A DNA stretch of 64,000 nucleotides. Origin: an uncultured archaeon. Its GTDB lineage: Archaea > Asgardarchaeota > Heimdallarchaeia > Heimdallarchaeales > Heimdallarchaeaceae. The notes beneath the pieces are model-generated. The model was not told where the DNA came from. It saw nothing but the letters and a program-made list of their open reading frames with translations, and did not search any database. Both the position numbers and the translations under genes were made by a program. Below are positions 9,757 through 18,791 of this stretch, piece by piece. The first letter of the stretch is position 1. Each line of letters begins with the position of its first letter. The stretch lies in the NCBI GenBank assembly GCA_964549075.1, contig CAZJUB010000005.1, positions 12,319 through 76,318 of the forward strand. The letters run 5' to 3'.

Positions 9757-10728
9757 TTAAACATCAAGCATAGATGTGATAAACAATAATTTTTCTCTTG
9801 CAACACTCGGAGGAAATTCATCCAAAATAAGCTTTGCTTTTTCTAGGTAATCTGAAATTAATTCATTGGTTTTTAAAATTGCGCTAGAGTTTACTAATAT
9901 CGTCCTAATCGTTTCAATAGAATATTCTTTTTTCTCTACATAATACTCATAAAGAATCTGGTTTTTATCTTTAGGTAAAGTCTCCATGGCTTCGAGAACT
10001 ATATATGTTTGAATACGATTGGAAATGTCTGTTGTGACACCAGATTTCCCAAGATCATTTCCTTTGGATGTGAGAGAAAGATAATCATCCCTCAACTGAA
10101 ATGCTCTACCAAAATAGGTACCAAATGATTTCATTTTTTCTCTATTTTCTCTTGTTGAATTACCTAAAATAAAACCGATAACTGAAGCTGCTTCAAACAA
10201 GACAGCTGTCTTGCGATCAATCAGTTGCAAAGCTTCTTTTTTTGTCATTAATTTTTCTCCTTCTCTGAATTTTTGTTCCAAGAATAAAGAAGTAGATAAT
10301 GTTGAAATTGCATTAATAATCTCTTCTACAATTTCAATGGTTTCAGTCCTGGATGCTAAACTTAATGCTAAACTACTCATAGAATAAGTTAAGGATAAAG
10401 CTGAGAAAGTTGAAAATTTAAGATAAAAAGATTTCTCTTTTCTTCTGTAAATGTCTTTATCAAATATATCATCTATAATTAAAGAAGCATTATGTATAAT
10501 TTCTAAGGCGCAAGCTGCAGCTAGACTAGAGTCATCTCTGATTTTGTTTGATATCATTTCAAAAGACAAAAGACAAATCAATGGACGTATTCGTTTTCCA
10601 CTATTCTGTAAGATTTGATCGATCAAATCGTTAATTTCATCATCATATGGGCTATAATTACGTAAATTTGTTAAATAAGAGTTAATCTGTTCAACTTCAG
10701 TACTAAGATCAAAAACTTCTTTGCTCAA
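9757..10728 (-). CDS. trans-Polyprenyl diphosphate synthase (probably long-chain)
   Basis: GKRIRP, first Asp-rich motif DDIFD...RR, KTA.LF, FQLRDDYLS, GK. Confidence 0.88.
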   Translation of the reverse strand: MSKEVFDLSTEVEQINSYLTNLRNYSPYDDEINDLIDQILQNSGKRIRPLICLLSFEMISNKIRDDSSLAAACALEIIHNASLIIDDIFDKDIYRRKEKSFYLKFSTFSALSLTYSMSSLALSLASRTETIEIVEEIINAISTLSTSLFLEQKFREGEKLMTKKEALQLIDRKTAVLFEAASVIGFILGNSTRENREKMKSFGTYFGRAFQLRDDYLSLTSKGNDLGKSGVTTDISNRIQTYIVLEAMETLPKDKNQILYEYYVEKKEYSIETIRTILVNSSAILKTNELISDYLEKAKLILDEFPPSVAREKLLFITSMLDV

Positions 10729-10782
10729 TCAAATCAAGTAAAAACTAATTTATTCATAAAAAAAGTTATTGTCTAGTCCATT

Positions 10783-12285
10783 TTAAGAAAGTAAAAACAA
10801 AGAGATGAGAGAACAGAAATTTAGAATCTGTACAATCAAAATCATGAAAGAGATGATAATAACAAACATAATAATAGAACTAATTACTGTAGCAGGTTCA
10901 ATTCTTGTTAATTGCATCTGATATCTTGTTTCAGGTGAGAAAATTGATTTTAATAACCTAAAGAAATAAATTATTGATAAGACCAAGATGGTAATTAGAA
11001 GGATTGAAACGAAATACACCCTTGGGCTAAATGTAGAATTAAAAGAATATTTTTTCGAAATAATATAAACTGAAATAGGTACTAGAAAGAGCAAGAGTAT
11101 ATTTATTAAATTCACAATAAACTGAATGATAGAATTATGACCAATACTACCCAAGATAGATATTTCCTCTGATTTGAAACCCTTTGAAATTGAAGAGAAT
11201 AGTGAAAGAGAGAAAGAGAAAAGTATTATATAAATTAAAACACCAAAATTAACAGATTTAAGACTATCAAGAAGCATTTCTTGAGACAGTGTACTGGAAA
11301 ATACATCAGATAGAATCAGCATGAACATTCCAATATAAAACAAACTTATGTAATGAATAAGTTTCTGCAAACTATTTTCAGTGATAGCACCAAAAACTCC
11401 CCAAAGAGCATATAATGCTCCTAATGAAGTAAAAAGCCAAAGTAAAATGTTATTTATTTCAGAGCTTGCTATTGTACTGGAATACTTAATCAAGAATATC
11501 AAACTTAAACCTCTTTGAAACAGAAGGAGGATTGATGTAGTAGAATTCAGGTTTTTATTAACTGCTTTAAAGTACCAATTATGGAACGGTGGAACACCTA
11601 ATTGGATAAGTAAAGAAATAATAACAAAAATTATTCCTATATACTCCCATAATTGCCTGGTAGTATTTTGAATAGCGAGAATGAAACCATTTCCTGAAAA
11701 TGAGAGGCACGCAATACCTACAAAAAGTAAGGAAATAGACATACTAGACATTGCTAGATAATTTGTAATAACATCTTGAGATCCACTTTCTTGTTTCTCA
11801 TAAATTCCATGTATAAACATATTTGTGCTAATATAAATTAAAATGAAACCAAACAATATGTTAATCCAAGAATTTGAAGTAGTGATAAACCATGATGAAC
11901 CTTCCAACATTAGAAGTGAGATAAAGAGAAGGTAGTTTTTATTTGAATCCAGGTTTATTTCAACTATAGTTATAAATGAAACAATAACAGTAGCTATACC
12001 TATGGTAATATATGCTCCAGCTGCGAACTGCGATATTTGAGTGTTGAAATATACTAAGGAACTTGCTTCGAAAGGATTATAGATGTACCAAAAAGAGATC
12101 ATAGAAACAATGCTGCTAACAACTACCATATAACCGTATAGAATTCTCATTCTCGATTTCAAATAAGAAAATCTTTGAGTTATTCTTGTTGATAGTAATC
12201 CTGTAATGATTATAGTTATTATACCTATCAATAATATCTCAAGAGGGAAGAACATTTTAAGGAATAATACCGCATAGTGCATCAA
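10783..12285 (-). CDS. NuoN/MrpD-like antiporter-type membrane subunit (divergent)
   Basis: Highly hydrophobic, many TM helices; QLGVPPFHNW resembles KLG.VPFH.W; GAI.E.SLQKLI.YIS motif. Confidence 0.7.
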   Translation of the reverse strand: MMHYAVLFLKMFFPLEILLIGIITIIITGLLSTRITQRFSYLKSRMRILYGYMVVVSSIVSMISFWYIYNPFEASSLVYFNTQISQFAAGAYITIGIATVIVSFITIVEINLDSNKNYLLFISLLMLEGSSWFITTSNSWINILFGFILIYISTNMFIHGIYEKQESGSQDVITNYLAMSSMSISLLFVGIACLSFSGNGFILAIQNTTRQLWEYIGIIFVIISLLIQLGVPPFHNWYFKAVNKNLNSTTSILLLFQRGLSLIFLIKYSSTIASSEINNILLWLFTSLGALYALWGVFGAITENSLQKLIHYISLFYIGMFMLILSDVFSSTLSQEMLLDSLKSVNFGVLIYIILFSFSLSLFSSISKGFKSEEISILGSIGHNSIIQFIVNLINILLLFLVPISVYIISKKYSFNSTFSPRVYFVSILLITILVLSIIYFFRLLKSIFSPETRYQMQLTRIEPATVISSIIMFVIIISFMILIVQILNFCSLISLFLLS

Positions 12286-14237
12286 ATTACACCTCCTGAA
12301 TATAAGACGAGGATAATAGCTAATAATATTGAGAGCGAGATAAGAACAATCTGAAACTGAGTTCTTAAACCAGCAATCTCGAGTTTTCTTATGAATTTTG
12401 AGATAAGTTGGAAAGCAGCTACTATTTTGGGTACAATGATTTTAGTAATGATTCTTTTTAACCATTTTAATGTAAGAATAAGGAATTTCCATGTTTTTTT
12501 AATAATAATTTCAATTAAGAATTTCTTAATGATAATTTGCTCAAACCATTTTGAGAAAGGAACAATTATCCTAATCCAAAGGAATCTAACTGGTAAGAAG
12601 ACAAGATCAATTGAATAAACAGTTTCAAGTGATTGTTCAATTTTATTAGAGAATTCTATTATTTCTAACACTGCTTTGGAGAAATACCTGAGAATGACTA
12701 AATAGACTATTGAACCAATTACACAACCTGAGATAATTATTGAGAAAGGTATCCACCAAGCGTTAAAATTAGTAATTAATGGAAAAGTAAATGGATTGAA
12801 TAAATTGAAAGAAGGATATAGAAGACTACTGAACACTATAAAGAGTAATAATGAACTTAAATACACTATTTCAGCTACTGAAAACTGAAATTCTAATGAT
12901 TTCTTTATTTGATTCTTATAAATTTTAATAATGAGTATGAATATTCCAAACATAATTACAGTGAATAAAACAAACAAACCAACATTGAAAATTAATGTAT
13001 TTTGAAAGATTGTTTGAACTAAAATCAGAAAGGTGCTATTTAACGGTGCTATTCCTAGGAATAGCAAAGAGAGCACAACAAGACTAAAGAAATGAATTAT
13101 TGTAAAAGCTAAATTAAATCTCCTAGTTTCTTGAATTTCTGAATCTTTTTCTGTGTTCTTTATGAATAAATAAGGTATCAATCCATTTATCAAGATAGGG
13201 AACGTAATTAGTATCTGAAATCCTATAGCTATTTCTCTTAATCCTAAAACAGCCATAAAAATTCCAGACATTATCGTATTTATTAAAATCGAAATCTCTA
13301 GTTCTTTCTTTAGAAAAATAGAGAATACAACGCTCAATAGAGCTGTAATAATACCATACCAAAGGAAGAAATAAGAAATTTGCAAATGGAGTAGCAGAAA
13401 AAGTGGTGTAATAAAAAGTAATGAAAATGTTATCATAAAGTGTTTAGAAAGAAAAGTAAAAATCACATCTTTGTTGGACATGCTAATTTCCTTGAACCAA
13501 GTATGGAATGGGTAAAGAGAATTTTTTACAATTATACCTATTAAAAACAGACTCAAAATTAACTGTATGTCCTTACCTAAAATATCAGGTTGAGTTAAAA
13601 GTTTATTACTAATTATTTGAAAATCTAATGATTTAACTAATCTTGCAAGAATAATTAGAGAAGCAAGAAAGAATCCATTTCCGATGAAAAAGGAAGTTAT
13701 CATTTTTCTTAATCCATCTGGTATCCTTTTTTCTGATTTGAGTATAAGATTTTTAATCAAAGTTATGAGAATCAAATCAGATAAAAGCACAAAACTCATG
13801 ATTTGAAATAGATTAGATGAGAAAATAAGAAAATTCAAAGTTAAAGCATAGAGAATTAATCTTCCAGAGTGACTTTCTTTCCAATAAGGTTTTTTCCATG
13901 ATAAATACAAATTGGATAGAGCTAGTATAAACATAGATGTTAAATAAATGATAATTTGAGAAGAAGAAATCTGAAATCCTAAATCAAAAGAATAGGTAAA
14001 GAAGGAAAATAAGGGGAGGACTTCTTTGATATTAATTATTGAACTAGAGTAATATCGAGTCATAAATAATGAAAAGTTAATCAGGGCTATCACAAATAAA
14101 ACAAAGGAAGTTAAAGAGGAGAATATTTTTTTTCTATAGGTCTTTCTATTTTCTAGAAGTTCCATCATAATTCCAGTCAAACCAAAAACTAAAAACAATC
14201 CATTTTGAATAAGTAAACTGAGAACTATATCATTCAT
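12282..14237 (-). CDS. NuoL/MrpA-like antiporter-type membrane subunit (divergent)
   Basis: KNSLYPFHTWF resembles KSAQ.P.H.W; long C-terminal amphipathic helix plus final TM; ATG 14237 preceded by GGAGGG. Confidence 0.7.
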   Translation of the reverse strand: MNDIVLSLLIQNGLFLVFGLTGIMMELLENRKTYRKKIFSSLTSFVLFVIALINFSLFMTRYYSSSIINIKEVLPLFSFFTYSFDLGFQISSSQIIIYLTSMFILALSNLYLSWKKPYWKESHSGRLILYALTLNFLIFSSNLFQIMSFVLLSDLILITLIKNLILKSEKRIPDGLRKMITSFFIGNGFFLASLIILARLVKSLDFQIISNKLLTQPDILGKDIQLILSLFLIGIIVKNSLYPFHTWFKEISMSNKDVIFTFLSKHFMITFSLLFITPLFLLLHLQISYFFLWYGIITALLSVVFSIFLKKELEISILINTIMSGIFMAVLGLREIAIGFQILITFPILINGLIPYLFIKNTEKDSEIQETRRFNLAFTIIHFFSLVVLSLLFLGIAPLNSTFLILVQTIFQNTLIFNVGLFVLFTVIMFGIFILIIKIYKNQIKKSLEFQFSVAEIVYLSSLLLFIVFSSLLYPSFNLFNPFTFPLITNFNAWWIPFSIIISGCVIGSIVYLVILRYFSKAVLEIIEFSNKIEQSLETVYSIDLVFLPVRFLWIRIIVPFSKWFEQIIIKKFLIEIIIKKTWKFLILTLKWLKRIITKIIVPKIVAAFQLISKFIRKLEIAGLRTQFQIVLISLSILLAIILVLYSGGVI

Positions 14238-14511
14238 GCATTTCCCTCCCCTGGGGATCATCTCTCTGACCGTCCTTTAACTCATTTCTAAACGTGAATA
14301 GAAGAACAAGTGAGAGGATATATAAGCCTAAAATTATGAACAGAATAGTATCTGAGGTAATAACAGAGCTGGAGATAAGAATTATTCCAGAAAATACTAA
14401 AAAGAAATATCCAAACATTACAATCATTTTAGTTTTGGAAAAGAATAAGCATAGGAATCCTAGACTCAAACATACCAAAAAAAGAGCAACGATATAACTT
14501 ACGAAAACCAC
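14230..14511 (-). CDS. Small 3-TM protein, NuoK/MrpC-like
   Basis: 93 aa with three hydrophobic segments; overlaps both neighbours in the J-K-L-N order. Confidence 0.5.
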   Translation of the reverse strand: MVFVSYIVALFLVCLSLGFLCLFFSKTKMIVMFGYFFLVFSGIILISSSVITSDTILFIILGLYILSLVLLFTFRNELKDGQRDDPQGREMHE

Positions 14512-15179
14512 AGATCATCTCTCCTATGTTGGTTTCTATTCCTAAACTCTACTAGAAATATTAGAATTAAGATAACAAGCAAGACTAGAAAGATTATAAG
14601 AATTGCAATAGCTTCATAATTTCCTGAAAACAGAGAATATAGCGAAATTGGTTCAAATTTAATCATTTCATTTTGAGACATAAAAAGAAGTATATAGATT
14701 GAGATTGCTGGGAGTGCTAAAAGAAGAATAAAACTTGAAATCTGGGTTTTTCTTGAAATTTGAAAATCTAAACCTTCTATTTTGTTTTTATATAAGTAAA
14801 AAGCTGTAAAACCTATCATGAGGACATAAGTATATCCTACACAGATTACAAAGAATATTGTCTGACCTATCGATAGGAATACCAAAGAGAAGGAAATGAA
14901 ACTAAGTAAAAACCAAATTAAACTCACTCTATTAGTACTTATAATACCTTTAACAAGCAATCCTGCTCCAAGAAAACTTCCAAGATAATAATATACTTCT
15001 AAACTTGCGTTAGAAAAAACTATTACAAGTGTTATCAAAACTAGAAACAAGGCTAATTTAATACTTTGCCAAATTTTCTCCTTTAATCTGAAAATGTTGG
15101 GTAATATAATTGTTACAACTAATAATAAACTTAGAATTGAAATTATAATAGTTGAAACAAAATCATTTATGCCAAACAT
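14499..15179 (-). CDS. Membrane protein, NuoJ-like
   Basis: About 7 TM segments; C-terminal SLFSGNYEAIAILII resembles the NuoJ last helix; first gene of the module. Confidence 0.5.
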   Translation of the reverse strand: MFGINDFVSTIIISILSLLLVVTIILPNIFRLKEKIWQSIKLALFLVLITLVIVFSNASLEVYYYLGSFLGAGLLVKGIISTNRVSLIWFLLSFISFSLVFLSIGQTIFFVICVGYTYVLMIGFTAFYLYKNKIEGLDFQISRKTQISSFILLLALPAISIYILLFMSQNEMIKFEPISLYSLFSGNYEAIAILIIFLVLLVILILIFLVEFRNRNQHRRDDLWFS

Positions 15180-15240
15180 CTGAAGTCAGAAAAAATTGGA
15201 AAAAGAAAAATAAAAAGGTTTGGGAATCGAAATTAGATTT

Positions 15241-15981
15241 CTAACTCGTTTTCTTACTTTTTCGCCTTCTATAATAACTAAAAGTTGCGATTACAACAAC
15301 CACTGAAATCAAACCTACTGGGTTATCAAAGAATGAAGCTACTGTTAATTCAGGAATAGGTAAGTTAGCGGTGAAAAGTGGTATACTTATATTATATCCA
15401 GGAAAACTAGGCATATCAGGTAAGAGAGGATTTCCTTCACCAAAGGTGGTGAAATTCCCAATAGTATAATTCAATCCATAATCTATTCTATATTCAAGAT
15501 TGGTACCTAGAGCTTTTGTTAAATTAACATAATATATTGGTATATCATGCACTAAGTTTATTCTGATAGTTTCATATAAAGGATCAGGATAATACAGAAC
15601 TTCCCAGTGAAGAGAAGATTCTGCAGGAATCCTTAAACTCCACTTTGCGTTTAATTTTATAGTAAATAAATTATCTACAGAAGTGAAATTATAGTCAGTT
15701 AAATCAAATGATCCAACACCCCAAAAACCATAATAAGTATCCATTTCAATGTCGTTGTCTGTATCAAGACCGAGAACGTTCATGTAGACGGTAGGTTTTG
15801 TATAATTGCCAACTATTGGATCTGTTGGTGTATGAACAATATCTCTATAATCATCACTGGTTTGACGCATCACTCCAGAGAAATCCCAAGTTTCTTCGTC
15901 TTGAGCAGTAGAGACTGTACTTGACATAAAGAAGAAAGAAGAAACCATCAATCCAATTAGTAATAAAGTTAGTTTTTTCAT
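15241..15981 (-). CDS. Secreted, C-terminally anchored protein (paralogue of 15978..16850)
   Basis: Signal peptide, ETWDFSG, GNFTTFGEGNPL, TM followed by RRRKSKK. Confidence 0.75.
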   Translation of the reverse strand: MKKLTLLLIGLMVSSFFFMSSTVSTAQDEETWDFSGVMRQTSDDYRDIVHTPTDPIVGNYTKPTVYMNVLGLDTDNDIEMDTYYGFWGVGSFDLTDYNFTSVDNLFTIKLNAKWSLRIPAESSLHWEVLYYPDPLYETIRINLVHDIPIYYVNLTKALGTNLEYRIDYGLNYTIGNFTTFGEGNPLLPDMPSFPGYNISIPLFTANLPIPELTVASFFDNPVGLISVVVVIATFSYYRRRKSKKTS

Positions 15982-16850
15982 TTTTTCATCCTCCTAACCT
16001 TCTTTCCAAACTTCAGAATAATTAACGAAATTCCAATAGCTGCTAAAACAGAAACAAATGGGAAGTTAACCTCTATACTATGAGTCCTTGGTCTAGAAGT
16101 TCTAGATACATTTTGAGCCACAGTTATATTATAGGTGGGCCACCACTCATCCTCAGGATAAACAGTACCAGGTGGACCAGTAAATAGGGGATTGGTTGGA
16201 CCAAAGGTGGTGAAATTTCCATTGATAATAGTTTGATCTTTATTGATTTGTTGCCATTGTCCTACAACACCAGTTCGATTTACTAAATAAGCGATATGAA
16301 CTGGAGTGTTTAAATCTGTTCCAGAAAACAGTGAAGGAATAGCTATAACTTTAGCTTTTACTCTCTCAAAAATGAAGTAAATATCTTCGTTATAATAAGG
16401 ACTCGAACTATTAATTATTGGAGAATCTTTGGTAACATCTATCCACCCCATTCCTTCTTCATGAGAAACATTAAAACCATATTCAGCTCCTGGTGCAGGT
16501 TCTTCCCAAAATAATGAAGCAAACGGAGCATTCCTTATTTCGTTAATTCCATGTAGAGCTACTATAGTATCAGGTAGAATATCTGAATCTTCTAGACTGT
16601 CCAAAGCGAAGATAAATGTTCTGAGAACTTCGGGATCTGCTATGATTGATTTTGTTACACCATCTGCAGGATACTGAGGGATATATTGCAAACGATACCC
16701 TTGTTGGTTAATTATTCCTTTAAAATCCCAATTTTCTGCATAGTCTGATTGACCAGTAGTGGTTTTAAAACTATCGTTTACAAATGGGGTAAATAAAAAG
16801 GATATAATGATAGTTAAACAAATTATTTTTGGATATTTCACTATTTCCAC
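15978..16850 (-). CDS. Secreted, C-terminally anchored protein (paralogue of 15241..15981)
   Basis: Signal peptide, ENWDFKG, GNFTTFGPTNPL, TM followed by a basic tail; ATGA overlap with the next gene. Confidence 0.75.
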   Translation of the reverse strand: MEIVKYPKIICLTIIISFLFTPFVNDSFKTTTGQSDYAENWDFKGIINQQGYRLQYIPQYPADGVTKSIIADPEVLRTFIFALDSLEDSDILPDTIVALHGINEIRNAPFASLFWEEPAPGAEYGFNVSHEEGMGWIDVTKDSPIINSSSPYYNEDIYFIFERVKAKVIAIPSLFSGTDLNTPVHIAYLVNRTGVVGQWQQINKDQTIINGNFTTFGPTNPLFTGPPGTVYPEDEWWPTYNITVAQNVSRTSRPRTHSIEVNFPFVSVLAAIGISLIILKFGKKVRRMKK

Positions 16851-16973
16851 CAGAAATTCTATTCTACAAGAATAGTTAAAGTGACATTTATAACCTTTTT
16901 TGTTTAAAATTAATGTTTGTAAAAAACTGACATATAGTAATTTTTAAAGCGTTAAAAAAATTGTTTGAACCAG

Positions 16974-18791
16974 ATGTCTTGGTTAGAGGATAAAAAACGA
17001 ACTCATTCAATAAAGGAAATTGCAAAAGTTATTTGGCCTTATATTGCGAGAAGAAAAGGTTATTTGACTTTTGTTGCTATAGTTTCGTTTTTTGCTGCAA
17101 TAATTGGTTTAATTACTCCTTTACTAGTCAGACAAGTAATCAATTCAGCTATTCCTGAAAGTAATATTACTTTAGTATGGATAATAGGTGCTAGTATTCT
17201 TGCAGTTGCTTTGATTGGAGGAGTGTTACAATACATTTCGAGATTTTATGCAGCTAAATATGCTCAAGATGTGATATACGAATTAAGAAATGACATCTAT
17301 AAAATTTTACAAGAATTAAGTTTAGAATTTTATGATGAAGAGAACACTGGTCAAATTATGACAAGGGTAACAACTGACCTAAATGCCATACAAAGTTTGA
17401 TTAGTTTTACACTTCGATTAATTATGAATGGAGTCATCTATTTCATAGGTTCTTATATTGCTATGTTAGTTATGAGTTGGAGACTAGGTTTAATTTTAGT
17501 TGCTCTTTTCCCCGGTTTTATATGGTTAGTATATTGGTTTAGTACAAAAGTAAGACCTCTTTTCTATCAAGCAAGAAGACAATTTGGAGATGTAACTTCA
17601 ATACTCCAAGAAAATGTTACCGGTGCTCATGTGGTTAGAGGTTTCGCTCAAGAAGAAAATGAGATCAATAAATTCAATGAATCTAATATTATATATCGAG
17701 ATTTAAGAATCAAAACACAAGTTTATAGAGCAGTCTACTTCTCAGTTATGACTTTATTGATTGGAATAGGAACAACTCTCGTAATCATAGTAGGTGGAAT
17801 ACAAATTGCAAATTACCAACTACAAATAGGTGATTTTGTTGCTTTTCTATCGTATCTTGCATTATTACCAGGTCCAACAAGACAATTAACAATGTTAGTA
17901 GGTGTTTTTCAAAGATCATTAGCTAGTGGAGATAGGATTATTGAACTTATAACTGCAAAGAAAGAAGTTCAAGAAGATCCAGATGCGATATCACCGCCTA
18001 AATTCAAAGGTGATATTTCTTACACAAATGTTTGTTTTGAATATGAAAAAGGAATACCCATTCTTAAAAATGTGAGTGTCACTATCCCAAGCAGTCAAAA
18101 GGTCGTTATTCTTGGAGGAACGGGAAGTGGGAAAAGTAGCTTTGTTAATCTGTTATCTAGATTTTATGATCCAACAGAAGGATCAGTAAAAATAGATGGT
18201 CAAGATATAAGAAGATATAAACTCAAAGAAATGAGAAAACAGATTGGTTTGGTCCTTCAAGAAACATATCTTTTTAACGCGTCTTTGAAGGAAAATATTT
18301 CTTTTGGAAAACCTGATGCAACAGAAGAAGAAGTAATTGAAGTAAGTAAAATTGCCAAGATACATGATTTTATTTCAGTATTACCTGAAGGGTATGAGAC
18401 CAAGGTAGGGGATAGAGGAATCACGTTGTCAGGAGGTCAAAAACAGAGAATATCGATTGCACGTACTCTATTAACTGATCCATCAATACTGATATTTGAT
18501 GATTCAACTGCTTCAGTTGATGCTGAGACAGAAGCTCAGATTCAAGAAGCGTTAGATATTTTGAGTACAGGTCGTACAACCATCATTATCTCTCAAAGAA
18601 TATCTTCAGTTCATTATGCAGATAGGATTTTGGTTTTCGAAGAGGGCGAAATTGTTCAAGATGGTAAGCATGAGGATTTGATTAGCGCTCATGGATTATA
18701 TCAAGACATATACTATACATTAGAGAGAAGTTATGGAGAGATTGAACCTCGTATCATAGAATCTGAAACTAAACCAAGAGGTGATAACTAA
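16974..18791 (+). CDS. ABC exporter TMD-NBD half transporter (degenerate-site subunit)
   Basis: 6-TM domain, GGTGSGKS, LSGGQKQR, Walker B FDD, switch SQR. Start set at ATG 16974. Confidence 0.92.
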   Translation: MSWLEDKKRTHSIKEIAKVIWPYIARRKGYLTFVAIVSFFAAIIGLITPLLVRQVINSAIPESNITLVWIIGASILAVALIGGVLQYISRFYAAKYAQDVIYELRNDIYKILQELSLEFYDEENTGQIMTRVTTDLNAIQSLISFTLRLIMNGVIYFIGSYIAMLVMSWRLGLILVALFPGFIWLVYWFSTKVRPLFYQARRQFGDVTSILQENVTGAHVVRGFAQEENEINKFNESNIIYRDLRIKTQVYRAVYFSVMTLLIGIGTTLVIIVGGIQIANYQLQIGDFVAFLSYLALLPGPTRQLTMLVGVFQRSLASGDRIIELITAKKEVQEDPDAISPPKFKGDISYTNVCFEYEKGIPILKNVSVTIPSSQKVVILGGTGSGKSSFVNLLSRFYDPTEGSVKIDGQDIRRYKLKEMRKQIGLVLQETYLFNASLKENISFGKPDATEEEVIEVSKIAKIHDFISVLPEGYETKVGDRGITLSGGQKQRISIARTLLTDPSILIFDDSTASVDAETEAQIQEALDILSTGRTTIIISQRISSVHYADRILVFEEGEIVQDGKHEDLISAHGLYQDIYYTLERSYGEIEPRIIESETKPRGDN

